Assembly (NCBI GenBank): GCA_947176385.1
Contig: CAMWQN010000005.1
Location: 1 to 44,989 of the forward strand
From: an uncultured Rickettsiales bacterium
GTDB taxonomy: Bacteria > Pseudomonadota > Alphaproteobacteria > Rs-D84
Direction of reading: 5' to 3'
Length of the DNA stretch: 44,989 nucleotides
Below, one piece after another: positions 11,119 through 21,174 of this stretch. The translations under genes were made by a program, and so were the position numbers. The number at the start of each line of letters is the position of its first letter. Within the stretch, counting starts at the first letter, position 1. The notes under the pieces are model-generated. The model saw nothing but the letters and a program-made list of their open reading frames with translations. It searched no databases and was not told the DNA's origin.

Positions 11119-12888
11119 ATGTCTGAAAATATCAAGTCTTTACCAAAATCGCTGTGGCGGTTTTATCTGGTTCATGCAGCGCGTGGATATTGGGGAATAT
11201 TGATTATATGGGCGTTATTGTTTTTGGCTGTTATGTCAGACGGTGTATTGTTCCCAAATTTTCAGCGTATGTTTATCGCACTGTTTGAACAAACGCCTGA
11301 TGCATATTCATCATTTGTTATGCACGCATTGCCAACGGTATTGCTGATTGTTGTGTCATTGATATTGTTAGATGTTTGCGCGATTTTGCGTTCGCTGACA
11401 TTATCACATTGGCGTCCAAAAATACATAATCAGATATCCGAAATATTAACAGGTTATGTTCAACAGCAATCAATGTCATACTGGACTGGGCGTATGCCTG
11501 GAAAAATCAATTCTCAGATAAGTTATGTTGCAGACGGTTTTTCAGTAATTTCCAACTTTATGGAAATGATTGGTGCATCGGCTGTGATATTGGTAAACGT
11601 CGGATTGATATTGGGGATAAACGCATACGTTGCAGTAATCTTTGCATTTGTGTTTGTATTCAGACTGATTTATGGCGGTCTGTTGATACGTCCGATGGGC
11701 AATGCCGCCAAAGAAGCCAGTGCCGCGGGCAGTCATTTGTCTGGTAAATTGGTTGACAGTTTGTCGAATTATTCAATCGTAAAATTGTTCGCCGGAATTC
11801 GCGCTGAAAAACGGTATCTGGCAGAACCACGCCAGAAACGTATCAAAGCCCAGATGTTTGCCATGTTTGTACAGCGTCTGTTTTGGGCGGTGCCGACATT
11901 GGTTTGGGATATTGCATTTGGGTGCACAATGTTACTGTGCGTATGGCTGTTTATGCAGGGACGAATTCTGGTATCAGAAATCGTATTTACAACATCGGTA
12001 TTTTTCAGTGTTATGGGTACAATTTCACGCATAGTAAATCAAATCCCCGACATTGTTGATAAACTGGGCAGTGCCAAGAAAGCATACGATGAATTAAACA
12101 TTGCATTAACAATCACAGACGCAGACAATGCGCCTGCATTGCATGTCACACATGGCAAGATTGAATTTCGCAATGTCTGGTTTAAATATAAATCAAAATG
12201 GGTGTTGCGTGATTTTAATTTGACGATTAAGCCCGGCGAAAGTGTCGGCATTGTTGGTGCATCTGGCGCTGGCAAGACCACATTGGTAAACTTGTTAATG
12301 CGTTTTTATGATCCAACGCGTGGCGAAATATTGATTGATGGTCAAAACATTCGTGATGTATCCCAGGATTCTTTGCGTGAAAACATATCATTTATTCCCC
12401 AGGAACCATCAATGTTTAATCGAACATTGCGTGAAAATATTGGATATGGTCGCATGGATGCAACCGATGCGCAAATCCGCCATGCCGCACGCCAGGCTGC
12501 CGCGCATGAATTTATCATGGCAACGGACAAGAAATATGATTCACTGGTTGGTGACCGTGGGATAAAATTGTCTGGCGGTCAGCGTCAGCGTATCGCAATC
12601 GCACGTGCTTTTCTAAAAGACGCACCAATCTTGGTCTTGGACGAGGCTACATCTGCCCTGGACAGTGAAACCGAGGTTGCAATTCAAAAATCATTTGAAG
12701 AACTGGCTGATGGTCGCACAACAATTGCGATTGCCCACCGTTTATCGACACTGCGTAATATGGACCGTATTGTTGTAATGCAAAATGGCAAGATTATAGA
12801 GCAAGGTTCGCACCGCGTACTATCACGCAAACGTGGTGAATATGCACGCCTGTGGAAAATGCAGTCTGGCGGTTTTATCCAGGAATAA
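11119..12888 (+). CDS. ABC exporter, fused permease/ATPase
   Basis: N-terminal TM helices, GASGAGKT, LSGGQRQR, LDEATS, IAHRL. Confidence 0.95.
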   Translation: MSENIKSLPKSLWRFYLVHAARGYWGILIIWALLFLAVMSDGVLFPNFQRMFIALFEQTPDAYSSFVMHALPTVLLIVVSLILLDVCAILRSLTLSHWRPKIHNQISEILTGYVQQQSMSYWTGRMPGKINSQISYVADGFSVISNFMEMIGASAVILVNVGLILGINAYVAVIFAFVFVFRLIYGGLLIRPMGNAAKEASAAGSHLSGKLVDSLSNYSIVKLFAGIRAEKRYLAEPRQKRIKAQMFAMFVQRLFWAVPTLVWDIAFGCTMLLCVWLFMQGRILVSEIVFTTSVFFSVMGTISRIVNQIPDIVDKLGSAKKAYDELNIALTITDADNAPALHVTHGKIEFRNVWFKYKSKWVLRDFNLTIKPGESVGIVGASGAGKTTLVNLLMRFYDPTRGEILIDGQNIRDVSQDSLRENISFIPQEPSMFNRTLRENIGYGRMDATDAQIRHAARQAAAHEFIMATDKKYDSLVGDRGIKLSGGQRQRIAIARAFLKDAPILVLDEATSALDSETEVAIQKSFEELADGRTTIAIAHRLSTLRNMDRIVVMQNGKIIEQGSHRVLSRKRGEYARLWKMQSGGFIQE

Positions 12889-12943
12889 ATTTCTGTTGAA
12901 AATGTGTTTTAATCAGATTGCCTTTTGTGGTATAATATTCCAC

Positions 12944-13915
12944 ATGAGAAAAAGATTATTACACATTTTACCTGTTGTGCTGTGCATGCTGTCTGGTGCA
13001 GCATATGCAAATTGGCAGTATCCGGGCACATACGTCGGTGACGGTTGGTATGCCGACGATGGCAGTCGCTTTGTTATATCAGTCCGTGGTGGCGCATCAT
13101 ATTCATTCGCATCGATAAAGAATGAAATTGGATCCATGACCGCAGAATATTTTTACAGTCCATCTGATGGTCTGGTTGTATCTGGTGCATGGTATGACGC
13201 ATGTGTTGATTCCGGCAAGTGTAACGAGGCTGATTTTGAATACGCTGGCATTGGCGATTTGGCAAATTTACCAGCCAAGGAAAATTATTCATCATTTTCA
13301 TTTGCCGCCGGTGCGTCAATTGGATGGACAATACCAAATCGTCCCCAGTGGCGTATAGAGGCTGGCTGGGACCACATATCTGAAACCGAATATAATGTAT
13401 CCCCATTGTTTGATGGCGATTTGACATTAACCAGCGGTATTGTTGTAAATGCACAAAGCGGCAGTGTTCAGTCCAAGATTTCAACAGATATCATCAGTGC
13501 AATGGCGTTTTATGATTTCTTTGATGGTCTGCAAAAGCCTGTCCAGAAAATGATACCGTATATTGGATTTGGTGTTGGATATGCAGATACAAAAACAACA
13601 TTGAATTTGTCGGATATCTATGGCGATTTATCAACATCTGTTGATTTACAGCAATTTGGCGAATTGGACGACTATAATGTATTGCAGTTTTATCGTTCTG
13701 AAACCAGCACATCAAATATCGCTGGATTATTGGCACTTGGATTTTCATATGGGATAACCCAAAACCTGTTTATGGATTTGGGCGCACGTATAATGTATGT
13801 CCCGCGTATAAAATGGGCACTGACGAACGAAGATGGTACCCGTCATCGCGATTGGTTCAGCGGTGAAAACCTGGTTTATACCAATGTAATGCTGGGATTG
13901 CGATTTGAATTCTAA
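12944..13915 (+). CDS. Outer-membrane beta-barrel protein
   Basis: Signal peptide ending AYA, WRIEAGW, PYIGFGVG, terminal GLRFEF. Confidence 0.8.
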   Translation: MRKRLLHILPVVLCMLSGAAYANWQYPGTYVGDGWYADDGSRFVISVRGGASYSFASIKNEIGSMTAEYFYSPSDGLVVSGAWYDACVDSGKCNEADFEYAGIGDLANLPAKENYSSFSFAAGASIGWTIPNRPQWRIEAGWDHISETEYNVSPLFDGDLTLTSGIVVNAQSGSVQSKISTDIISAMAFYDFFDGLQKPVQKMIPYIGFGVGYADTKTTLNLSDIYGDLSTSVDLQQFGELDDYNVLQFYRSETSTSNIAGLLALGFSYGITQNLFMDLGARIMYVPRIKWALTNEDGTRHRDWFSGENLVYTNVMLGLRFEF

Positions 13916-13920
13916 ATAAA

Positions 13921-13944
13921 GCCCGCCAAATGGCGGGATTTTTT
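13921..13944 (+). terminator. Intrinsic terminator
   Basis: CCCGCCA-AA-TGGCGGG then T-run. Confidence 0.75.
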
Positions 13945-13962
13945 ATATATGGTTTAAAATTC

Positions 13963-13991
13963 TTTACATACAAATATATGTGCTTTATAAT
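13963..13991 (+). promoter_or_regulatory. Sigma70-type promoter of leader copy A
   Basis: TTTACA (13963-68), 17 nt, TATAAT (13986-91), ending ~7 nt before the 5' hairpin. Confidence 0.65.
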
Positions 13992-13998
13992 ATAAAAC

Positions 13999-14213
13999 GT
14001 TGACGGGAATTCCGTCAATGGGGTGTGAGAACCCGTTCGAAAGCGTCGGAGTATATCTGGGGGCGCCTATGCGCCGTTTTTTGTATTACGACGAAAAACA
14101 AACTCCTGAATCCCACTATGGGTCAGGAGGGTTCGCGAAATATTAACAATACGCGACACAATTCTTTCGATTGTTCTCAACCTCCTGACCACCTGAATTT
14201 TGGGTGGTTTTTC
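13999..14213 (+). ncRNA. C4/CI-like structured leader, copy A
   Basis: 5' hairpin 13999-14019; boxes TGAGAAC 14026-32 and TCGAAAG 14037-43; cloverleaf GGTCAGGAGG 14121-30/CCTCCTGACC 14181-90 containing CTTTCGA 14164-70 and GTTCTCA 14173-79; terminator 14188-14213. Confidence 0.75.
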
Positions 14214-14241
14214 ATTACGAAAAACAACAGGAGATTGAATC

Positions 14242-15024
14242 ATGAAACCAAAACTGATTACGGCACTGACTGTGCCGGTATTATTGGCGACCGGCGTCGT
14301 CGCGTCTGCGGACGAACTGCCGATATATATTGAATGTGGCAGCAGGGGGACTTGCGATTATGACAAGAATACATATCGTGCACGGTATATTTCAAGTCAA
14401 GGACAAACGTCCAGTACAAATCAAAGTGACTGTATGAGTGGTAATGATTGCTGGGTTTCGTCATATAGTATTTGCCTGAATCCTGATATGGGGCGTGATG
14501 GATACCATGATGATTGCACCAAAAACTGCAAGGATTATGGATATGAAGTTGCAGTATTGGGTGGCAGTCTTGGGGCATATAATATGGGGTGTGCATGCAA
14601 ATCGTTTACACAATGGCAGACATATAAAACCGGGGTTTTACGTGAATATGTGCGTGATGCAACGTCCAGTGCGCCATGTACTGTCAAGGCGACAAATAAC
14701 TTTAAATGTGCAACTGATTATTATGGCACCCCAGACAGTAATGGTAACGGCTGTATCCCTTGCGATGGCGCAGGAATGTATTGCAATGGTGATAAGGTGT
14801 TTGGCTGTGTTGATGGATGGTACAAAAACGCAGCCAAGAATGGATGTGTCGAATGTCCTAACAGCAAAGCGGGCAACCTGGGGTATGATTCAAATGGCAA
14901 TGGAATTAAAAGCAGTGGTGGTGGCGATGCGATAACGGATTGCTATTTTAGTAACGACACTGTTCTGTATGATGACACGGGTACGTTTACAATTGTGGAT
15001 AATGATTGCTATTACAAGCAATAG
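14242..15024 (+). CDS. Secreted cysteine-rich protein
   Basis: Signal peptide, 19 Cys in 260 aa, repeated C..(D/G)(Y/W)Y...NGC..C units, AGGAG RBS. Confidence 0.85.
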   Translation: MKPKLITALTVPVLLATGVVASADELPIYIECGSRGTCDYDKNTYRARYISSQGQTSSTNQSDCMSGNDCWVSSYSICLNPDMGRDGYHDDCTKNCKDYGYEVAVLGGSLGAYNMGCACKSFTQWQTYKTGVLREYVRDATSSAPCTVKATNNFKCATDYYGTPDSNGNGCIPCDGAGMYCNGDKVFGCVDGWYKNAAKNGCVECPNSKAGNLGYDSNGNGIKSSGGGDAITDCYFSNDTVLYDDTGTFTIVDNDCYYKQ

Positions 15025-15048
15025 TTATGCAGCACGGTTTCCGTGCTG

Positions 15049-16572
15049 TCATAATTTTACGCCATATTTGCCGCGTCCGATTGGGCGGTATGATAATGCT
15101 TCGGCTAAATCGGTCATTTCAATATCCGTACTGCCGCGCAGGTCTGCAATCGTGCGTGCAATACGCTTTATGCGATTATATCCGCGTGCCGACATGTTCA
15201 TTTTTTCAGCGGCATTGTTCAAGAATGTTGTTAATTCTTCGTTTAATTTTACAACCGCGTCCAGGGCTGCGCCATCCAGTTGCGCGTTAACAATGCCCTG
15301 GCGGTCAATTTGTATCTTGCGTGCTGCGGCAACACGTGCGCGGATTGTCGCACTGGTTTCGGCGTCTGTATCTGGAGCGCTGTTCATTTCCCATGGGTTG
15401 ACCGCGTCAACATCCACATGCAAATCAATTCGGTCCAATAATGGTCCTGATATTTTATTCTGATATGCCTCGGCACATCTGGGGGCGCGGGAACATGATA
15501 ACGCCGCATTTCCCAGGTGCCCACATGGACATGGATTCATTGCTGCAATTAACTGAAAACGTGCAGGGTATGTCGCATTATGGCGTGCACGGGAAATGGT
15601 TATTTTTCCGCCCTCCATCGGTTGACGCAGAATTTCCAATGTCATGCGGTTAAATTCTGGCAATTCGTCCAAGAATAATACACCATTGTGTGCCAGTGAT
15701 ATTTCACCTGGTCGTGCGTCGGATCCGCCGCCCGCCAGTGCAACCGGACTGGATGTGTGATGCACAGCGCGGAATGGGCGCACTGTCAAGAGTCCCCCGC
15801 CAGTCAATTTCCCTGCAATCGAATATATCGCAGATGTTTCCAGGATTTCGTCTGTGGTCATTTCCGGCAAAATCCCAGGCAATCGCGATGCCAGCATGGT
15901 TTTGCCTGACCCCGGGGGACCAACCATCAGCATTGCATGTCCGCCGGCAGCTGCAATTTCCAGGGCGCGTTTCGCGGCGGCTTGACCATGAACCTCCGCC
16001 ATATCGCCGACGGTGGCGCATGTCTGGTCTGATTTGATTTTATCTGGCACCGGCAGTGTCATTGTCCCGTTAAAGTGATTTATCAGTTCCAATACATGAT
16101 TTGGTGCCAGGATATTTTCATGTCCTGCCATGCGTGCTTGTGGACCTTGGTCGCCCGGGCATATAATCCCCAGATTATTTTTATTTGCCCATACGCTGGC
16201 GGGTAAAATACTGTCTGTTTGTAAAATGGTGCCGTTTAAACTGACTTCGCCCAGAATCAAGTACTGTGATAATTTATCTTCTGGTAATATGCCCAGTGCG
16301 CACAGTATCCCACACAATATCGGCAGGTCAAAGTGTGAACCGCTTTTTTCAACATCCGCCGGCGACAGGTTTACCGTCAATCGTTTTGGCGGCAGTGATA
16401 TATTCAATGCACCCAACACATTGCGTACGCGTTCCGCAGATTCTTTGACCGCGCGGTCTGCCAATCCGATGATGTTAAATTCAGGCTTTGATAATCCGGA
16501 CGCCAATTGCACCTGTACATCGATACGTGTCGCGTCCATGCCATTAAATATGATTGAATTCAAAGAAATCAT
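15049..16572 (-). CDS. comM: YifB/ComM family Mg-chelatase-like AAA+ ATPase
   Basis: VNLSPAD..KSGSHFDLPI, GPPGSGKT, PGEISLAHNGVLFLDE, AAMNPCPCG, ARTIADL. Confidence 0.93.
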   Translation of the reverse strand: MISLNSIIFNGMDATRIDVQVQLASGLSKPEFNIIGLADRAVKESAERVRNVLGALNISLPPKRLTVNLSPADVEKSGSHFDLPILCGILCALGILPEDKLSQYLILGEVSLNGTILQTDSILPASVWANKNNLGIICPGDQGPQARMAGHENILAPNHVLELINHFNGTMTLPVPDKIKSDQTCATVGDMAEVHGQAAAKRALEIAAAGGHAMLMVGPPGSGKTMLASRLPGILPEMTTDEILETSAIYSIAGKLTGGGLLTVRPFRAVHHTSSPVALAGGGSDARPGEISLAHNGVLFLDELPEFNRMTLEILRQPMEGGKITISRARHNATYPARFQLIAAMNPCPCGHLGNAALSCSRAPRCAEAYQNKISGPLLDRIDLHVDVDAVNPWEMNSAPDTDAETSATIRARVAAARKIQIDRQGIVNAQLDGAALDAVVKLNEELTTFLNNAAEKMNMSARGYNRIKRIARTIADLRGSTDIEMTDLAEALSYRPIGRGKYGVKL

Positions 16573-16644
16573 AATGTGAATAATATATCTTGCACTATGA
16601 CAATTCAAGTCTTAAAATGCACCACGTAAAGATAAGGATTGTCA

Positions 16645-17517
16645 ATGCCCGCAAAGAATAAAAATGTCGCACGTGAATGGTTTAATACTATATTTTATGG
16701 TGCGTTGATTGCGATTGTATTTCGCAGTTTTTTACTGGAACCGTTTAATATTCCATCTGGTTCAATGATACCGACACTGAATGTTGGCGATCATATATTT
16801 GTTGAAAAGTGGGCGTATGGATATTCACGTTATTCATTCCCGTTTGGTTCATGGAAATTGTGGAATGGTCGTTTCTTGGCATCTGAACCTGATGTTGGTG
16901 ATGTTATTGTATTCCGTAATCCTGTTGATGAATCCATGGATTATGTAAAGCGCTTAATCGCGCGTCCTGGTGACACAGTTCAGGTAAAGGAAGGACGCTT
17001 GTACTTAAATGGCAAAATCGTCCCACGCACGAATCCGCGCCCATATGTCGTTGCGACATTACCACGAAAAATACGCAGCGTTGGATTCTATCGTGACAAC
17101 GTTGCTATTCGCGGGAACAAGATTTTCATTGATAACATGCCGGCTAATGGAACAATTGAATATAAATCAGACCGTGAATGTGAAATGTATCGTGGCATGT
17201 GTGGCGTGTTTATGACGACAGAATATACCGAAACATTGCCAAACGGTGTATCACACAGCATAATTGAATACAGCGATGATGCGCCATTGGATAACACACC
17301 TGAATTTACAGTACCGGCGGGACACTATTTCTTTATGGGTGATAATCGTGATAACAGTGCCGACAGTCGTGCGAACGTTGGATTTGTATCACGTGATAAT
17401 ATCCTGGGCAAAGTATGGTTTATATGGTATTCGCATAACTATTATTCGCCGATGATATCTTTTTGGAACTGGAACAGCAAGATGCGCTGGAATCGTTTTG
17501 GAATGGGTGTGAATTAA
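16645..17517 (+). CDS. lepB: Signal peptidase I
   Basis: IPSGSMIPTL, DYVKRLI, MGDNRDNSADSR; adjacent to rnc. Confidence 0.96.
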   Translation: MPAKNKNVAREWFNTIFYGALIAIVFRSFLLEPFNIPSGSMIPTLNVGDHIFVEKWAYGYSRYSFPFGSWKLWNGRFLASEPDVGDVIVFRNPVDESMDYVKRLIARPGDTVQVKEGRLYLNGKIVPRTNPRPYVVATLPRKIRSVGFYRDNVAIRGNKIFIDNMPANGTIEYKSDRECEMYRGMCGVFMTTEYTETLPNGVSHSIIEYSDDAPLDNTPEFTVPAGHYFFMGDNRDNSADSRANVGFVSRDNILGKVWFIWYSHNYYSPMISFWNWNSKMRWNRFGMGVN

Positions 17518-17518
17518 C

Positions 17519-18151
17519 ATGAAGAATATTGGATATACATTCAGAAATCCGCAGTTATTAGCCCAGGCATTGACACAAAGTGGCGTTAATGCACAGAATA
17601 ATAACGAACGTTTAGAATTTATTGGCGACCGCGTGCTGGGTTTGACGGTGGCACAAATGTTGTACACGATGTACCCGAATGAGAAAGAGGGTGAACTGGC
17701 GCGTCGTCATGCGGTATTGGTATCGACCGAAACATTGGCACGTGTTGCCTGTGATTTGGAATTGGATAAGTCGTTGCATCACGGTCACATGACAGCGGGT
17801 CGCGTTCGTCATATTCTGGCCAATGGGATGGAGGCTGTATTCGGTGCCATCTTTATCGATGGTGGATTTGATGCCGCCCGCGAAGTCATTATGAAATATT
17901 GGCATGATTTGGCACTGGCTGATATCACACCGCCCAAGGATGCAAAAACAAAATTACAAGAATATGTACAAAAGAATGACAATGGTAAATTACCTGTATA
18001 TGAGTTCTTGGAAACAACGGGCGCATCACACAGTCCAGTATTTAACGTGCGTGTGACTGCAATGGGGCGCGTCGCGACGGGCAGTGGTTCGTCGAAAAAA
18101 GGTGCAGGTCTGGTCGCAGCGGATGCATTGTTAAAAATTCTTGCAATTTAA
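17519..18151 (+). CDS. rnc: Ribonuclease III
   Basis: NERLEFIGDRVLG signature; dsRBD KTKLQE...G.SKK. Confidence 0.95.
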   Translation: MKNIGYTFRNPQLLAQALTQSGVNAQNNNERLEFIGDRVLGLTVAQMLYTMYPNEKEGELARRHAVLVSTETLARVACDLELDKSLHHGHMTAGRVRHILANGMEAVFGAIFIDGGFDAAREVIMKYWHDLALADITPPKDAKTKLQEYVQKNDNGKLPVYEFLETTGASHSPVFNVRVTAMGRVATGSGSSKKGAGLVAADALLKILAI

Positions 18152-18195
18152 GGAATTGAAAGATAAAATCACGGCATAATCAAAGGATAAAATAA

Positions 18196-18552
18196 ATGTT
18201 TTCATTGTTGTTAGTATTGTTGATAATCGTTGCAGTTTTAATGATTGGATTGATTTTGTTACAGAAATCAGAGGGCAGTGGTATGTCCGGTTCATCTGCG
18301 GCATCAATGTTTGGTGGTGCGTTGACTGGGGCTGCGGCTGGTAATTTCCTGACCCGTACGACAGCATGGTTGGCAACATTGTTTTTTGTTTTGTGCGCTG
18401 CGCTGGCGTTGGTATCGTCCAAGTCAAATATTGCAAACCGTCAAAGCGAATTGCGCCAAGAATTGGTTGCCCCAGACGCACCGGCGGCACCAACTGTGAC
18501 AGATATGGATTCATTGATAAACGCCGTGTCTGAAAAGTCCGACGAACAATAA
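18196..18552 (+). CDS. secG: Preprotein translocase subunit SecG
   Basis: ILLQKSEGSG...NFLTRTTAWLA.LF with two TM segments. Confidence 0.92.
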   Translation: MFSLLLVLLIIVAVLMIGLILLQKSEGSGMSGSSAASMFGGALTGAAAGNFLTRTTAWLATLFFVLCAALALVSSKSNIANRQSELRQELVAPDAPAAPTVTDMDSLINAVSEKSDEQ

Positions 18553-18554
18553 TA

Positions 18555-18581
18555 AAAATCGCCCCACACGGGGCGTTTTTT
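18555..18581. terminator. Bidirectional terminator between secG and XRE gene
   Basis: AAAAAT-CGCCCC-ACAC-GGGGCG-TTTTTT. Confidence 0.75.
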
Positions 18582-18582
18582 A

Positions 18583-18957
18583 TTATACCACTGTATCTGA
18601 TTTCGGATATGCCAATGCGATGCATGCAACCAGTTGTGTTACGATTTTATGACCTGTCGGATTTATGTTGTACAATGTCCGGATAATGTCGGTTAATACT
18701 GGGTTATGGTTATATGGTTGGGCGGTCTCGGTCAAGAAATCTGCAATGGTCATATCAAAACATGTTGTGACGATTTGGTGCAGGCGACTGACTGACAATC
18801 GATTGCCGGCGGTTTCATATTTTTGAATCTGTTGGAATGTAACACCTGCCTTGGCTGCGACATCTTTTTGTGACAGCCCCAGTCGCATACGCATTGTTGC
18901 CAACATTCGCCCCAGTTGTACATCGTATTCTGTTGGTGTAAATGGTGTACCTGACAT
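18583..18957 (-). CDS. XRE-family HTH regulator (downstream of leader copy B)
   Basis: LGLSQKDVAAKAGVTFQQIQKYETAGNRLS; GGGGG RBS before ATG 18957. Confidence 0.88.
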   Translation of the reverse strand: MSGTPFTPTEYDVQLGRMLATMRMRLGLSQKDVAAKAGVTFQQIQKYETAGNRLSVSRLHQIVTTCFDMTIADFLTETAQPYNHNPVLTDIIRTLYNINPTGHKIVTQLVACIALAYPKSDTVV

Positions 18958-18982
18958 ATAATCCCCCGCGGTTTTGTTATAC

Positions 18983-19149
18983 AAAAATACCGCTTTTATA
19001 AAAAAGCGGTTGGAGGCTCAAAACAATATCGTGAATTGCGTGCCTTATTTATGTATATCAGCACCCTCCAACCTAAGTTGGAGTTTTTTCGTCTTAACAT
19101 GACGCACGATAAGAGGTTTTGATGCCTCATCGCTGGAATCCCCAGCGAC
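18983..19149 (-). ncRNA. C4/CI-like structured leader, copy B
   Basis: Minus strand: -10 TAAAAT 19157-62; hairpin 19129-49; boxes TCAAAAC (19116-22) and TATCGTG (19105-11); cloverleaf 19008-19073 with CACGATA (19027-33) and GTTTTGA (19018-24); terminator 18983-19010. Confidence 0.78.
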
Positions 19150-19230
19150 AATATAAATTTTACATTAAAACGAAATAAAATCAAATAAAAAAACACCCCG
19201 ATAACGGGGTGCCGGAATCAAAAACACAAA

Positions 19231-19452
19231 TTATTTTGATTTCTTTTTTGATGTTGTTTTCTTTGGCGCTGGCATTGCTTTATATGCACGAACCAATACA
19301 ACAACACATACTGTTGCGATAACACCAGACAATGCTGTCAATGCACCACCGATGATATCAAAGTTTGTTGTGTACAAGAACAATACGATTGCTGCAATCA
19401 GAACGATTGTGTACATCATGTTGTCTTTCAAGACTTTCAGTAATTTTTCCAT
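19231..19452 (-). CDS. Small two-TM membrane protein
   Basis: Two hydrophobic stretches, Lys-rich tail, AAAGGA RBS, downstream hairpin CACCCCG/CGGGGTG. Confidence 0.7.
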   Translation of the reverse strand: MEKLLKVLKDNMMYTIVLIAAIVLFLYTTNFDIIGGALTALSGVIATVCVVVLVRAYKAMPAPKKTTSKKKSK

Positions 19453-19557
19453 TTTGTTTTCCTTTCATTTGGATATATGTATTATATCACATTTTGCACA
19501 AAAACACTATAAAAAAAGAACCGTGCCTGGCACGGTTCAAATCGCATAATGGATTTA

Positions 19558-20301
19558 TTATAAAATTACGCGTCCACCCAGTCGCGCTGTCCGTGGAATC
19601 GGACCAAATGAAGAACGTGGGCTGACATATATGTTGCCTGTGATTGTAAAGTCGCCACAGAACTGCAACATATTCAAATCACGCAGGAACAAATTGCCGT
19701 CAATACGAATGTCGCATGGCAATGTATATTTACGCATGTGCTGTAAATACACGTTACCTTGGATACGTGTGCCGTTTTTCAATACCTGGGCATCGCCACG
19801 GTTATCAATGATAATGTCGCCATACATTGTGTCTGTGCATTGGTCCTGCGCAACCTGGATTGTTGGGGCAGGGGTCTTTACAATCTGTACCGGTGCGGTT
19901 TTCATTTTGCCGTTTTCATCATACTTAATCGGCAAAGTCTTGGTCTGTGGACGAATTGTTACCTTGCGTTTTGAGGATTCATATGCATCAGATATTGATT
20001 CAACTGTCTGTGCTGGGACAACAATGACTTGTGCTTTCTTGAATTTCAATATATCCAAAATCAACATAGAAAACATAACAATTATCGCAACCAATAATGT
20101 GACGTTTACCAATCCAACCAAATCAATGGTGCGAATCCATTGCCATGCGCGACGCATACCATGCCATAACATACGAAATGGATAACAAACAATCGCCCAA
20201 ACGCGTGCCCAAAAATTCTGACGCGTGCTTTTACGGGATGGACGGTTGCTGGATGCTGCAACGCGACGTGTGGCGGCTTTGATTTTTTTGTCTTTTTGCA
20301 T
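19558..20301 (-). CDS. Hypothetical membrane-anchored protein with C-terminal beta-solenoid-like repeats
   Basis: One TM; repeats IQGNVYL / IDGNLFL / ITGNIYV / LGGRVIL. Confidence 0.75.
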   Translation of the reverse strand: MQKDKKIKAATRRVAASSNRPSRKSTRQNFWARVWAIVCYPFRMLWHGMRRAWQWIRTIDLVGLVNVTLLVAIIVMFSMLILDILKFKKAQVIVVPAQTVESISDAYESSKRKVTIRPQTKTLPIKYDENGKMKTAPVQIVKTPAPTIQVAQDQCTDTMYGDIIIDNRGDAQVLKNGTRIQGNVYLQHMRKYTLPCDIRIDGNLFLRDLNMLQFCGDFTITGNIYVSPRSSFGPIPRTARLGGRVIL

Positions 20302-20442
20302 GTGTGTGCCTTTTTATAAAATTATTAGTTATATAATGCCCTAAAAAAACACTTTGTCAAGTGGTTTTGTCAATGCTTTTTGTCAATCAGAAAAAGTGCT
20401 TCCTGATTGACTGGAAACCAGATTTTCAATACCATGTGTATT

Positions 20443-21174
20443 ATGTTATTTCGTGCAATATTTTTGGCGATTTTTATTGGGCTGGCTGGCTGTGCAATGA
20501 CTGTGCAATCGTTCCCAGATGAATTTCTTTATGTGCCGGTACATGCTGGTGATTTTGATATTGTCACATACCAGAAAATATCCGACCCGCGCGCCCCAGT
20601 GCGTATTTACATAGAAGGCGACGGTCACGCATTTGACGGCACAGGTACCCCGACCAATAATCCGACCCCACATGGTGATACAGTGCGTCGTATGGCAATG
20701 CAGGACAGGGCGCCCAATGTTATATATATGGCGCGCCCATGTCAGTATATAATGTCAGATAAATGCACGCTTTCAGATTGGACATCTGGTCGGTTTTCAC
20801 CGCGTGTTATATCCGCAATGCGTGACGCTGTGCGCAGTGTTGCGGGAATGCGCGAAATTATACTGATTGGATATTCCGGTGGGGCATTATTATCGGGGCT
20901 GATAATAACCCAAAATCCAGATATGAATGTGTCGCAATGGATAACAGTTGCCGGTGTATTAAATCATGGCGACTGGACACGTTATTTTGGTGACACGCCA
21001 CTGTCAGATTCAATGGACATGGACGAATTGCCACATGTGTCGCAATTACATTATGTCGCCTCAAATGATATTATTGTCCCACAGCATTTATCAAAACAGT
21101 GGACGCGTGGTAAAATGATTATTGTGCCGAATACACAGCATGATAACCTGGGCGATTTTGTGCCTGCTATTTAA
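20443..21174 (+). CDS. Alpha/beta hydrolase lipoprotein
   Basis: LAGC lipobox, IYIEGDG, ARPCQY, GYSGG nucleophile elbow. Start uncertain. Confidence 0.85.
   Translation: MLFRAIFLAIFIGLAGCAMTVQSFPDEFLYVPVHAGDFDIVTYQKISDPRAPVRIYIEGDGHAFDGTGTPTNNPTPHGDTVRRMAMQDRAPNVIYMARPCQYIMSDKCTLSDWTSGRFSPRVISAMRDAVRSVAGMREIILIGYSGGALLSGLIITQNPDMNVSQWITVAGVLNHGDWTRYFGDTPLSDSMDMDELPHVSQLHYVASNDIIVPQHLSKQWTRGKMIIVPNTQHDNLGDFVPAI

Noticed and set aside
11107-11123. 17-bp identity GCGGGGGATTATATGTC at the starts of the ABC gene and the 18957 XRE gene
   Set aside because: Mostly RBS, spacer and start codon; no extended homology or leader structure at the ABC gene.
14191-14241. Downstream second target sites (a2/b2) as in canonical C4 operons
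   Set aside because: Could not find repeats of the boxes between cloverleaf and start codon in any copy; only upstream boxes are supported.
14025-14333. ORFs overlapping the structured leaders (14025..14333, 18996..19196) as Ash/Icd-like leader peptides
   Set aside because: No equivalent ORF is evident across all four copies and they lack an RBS; conservation is at the base-pairing level. Not fully excluded.
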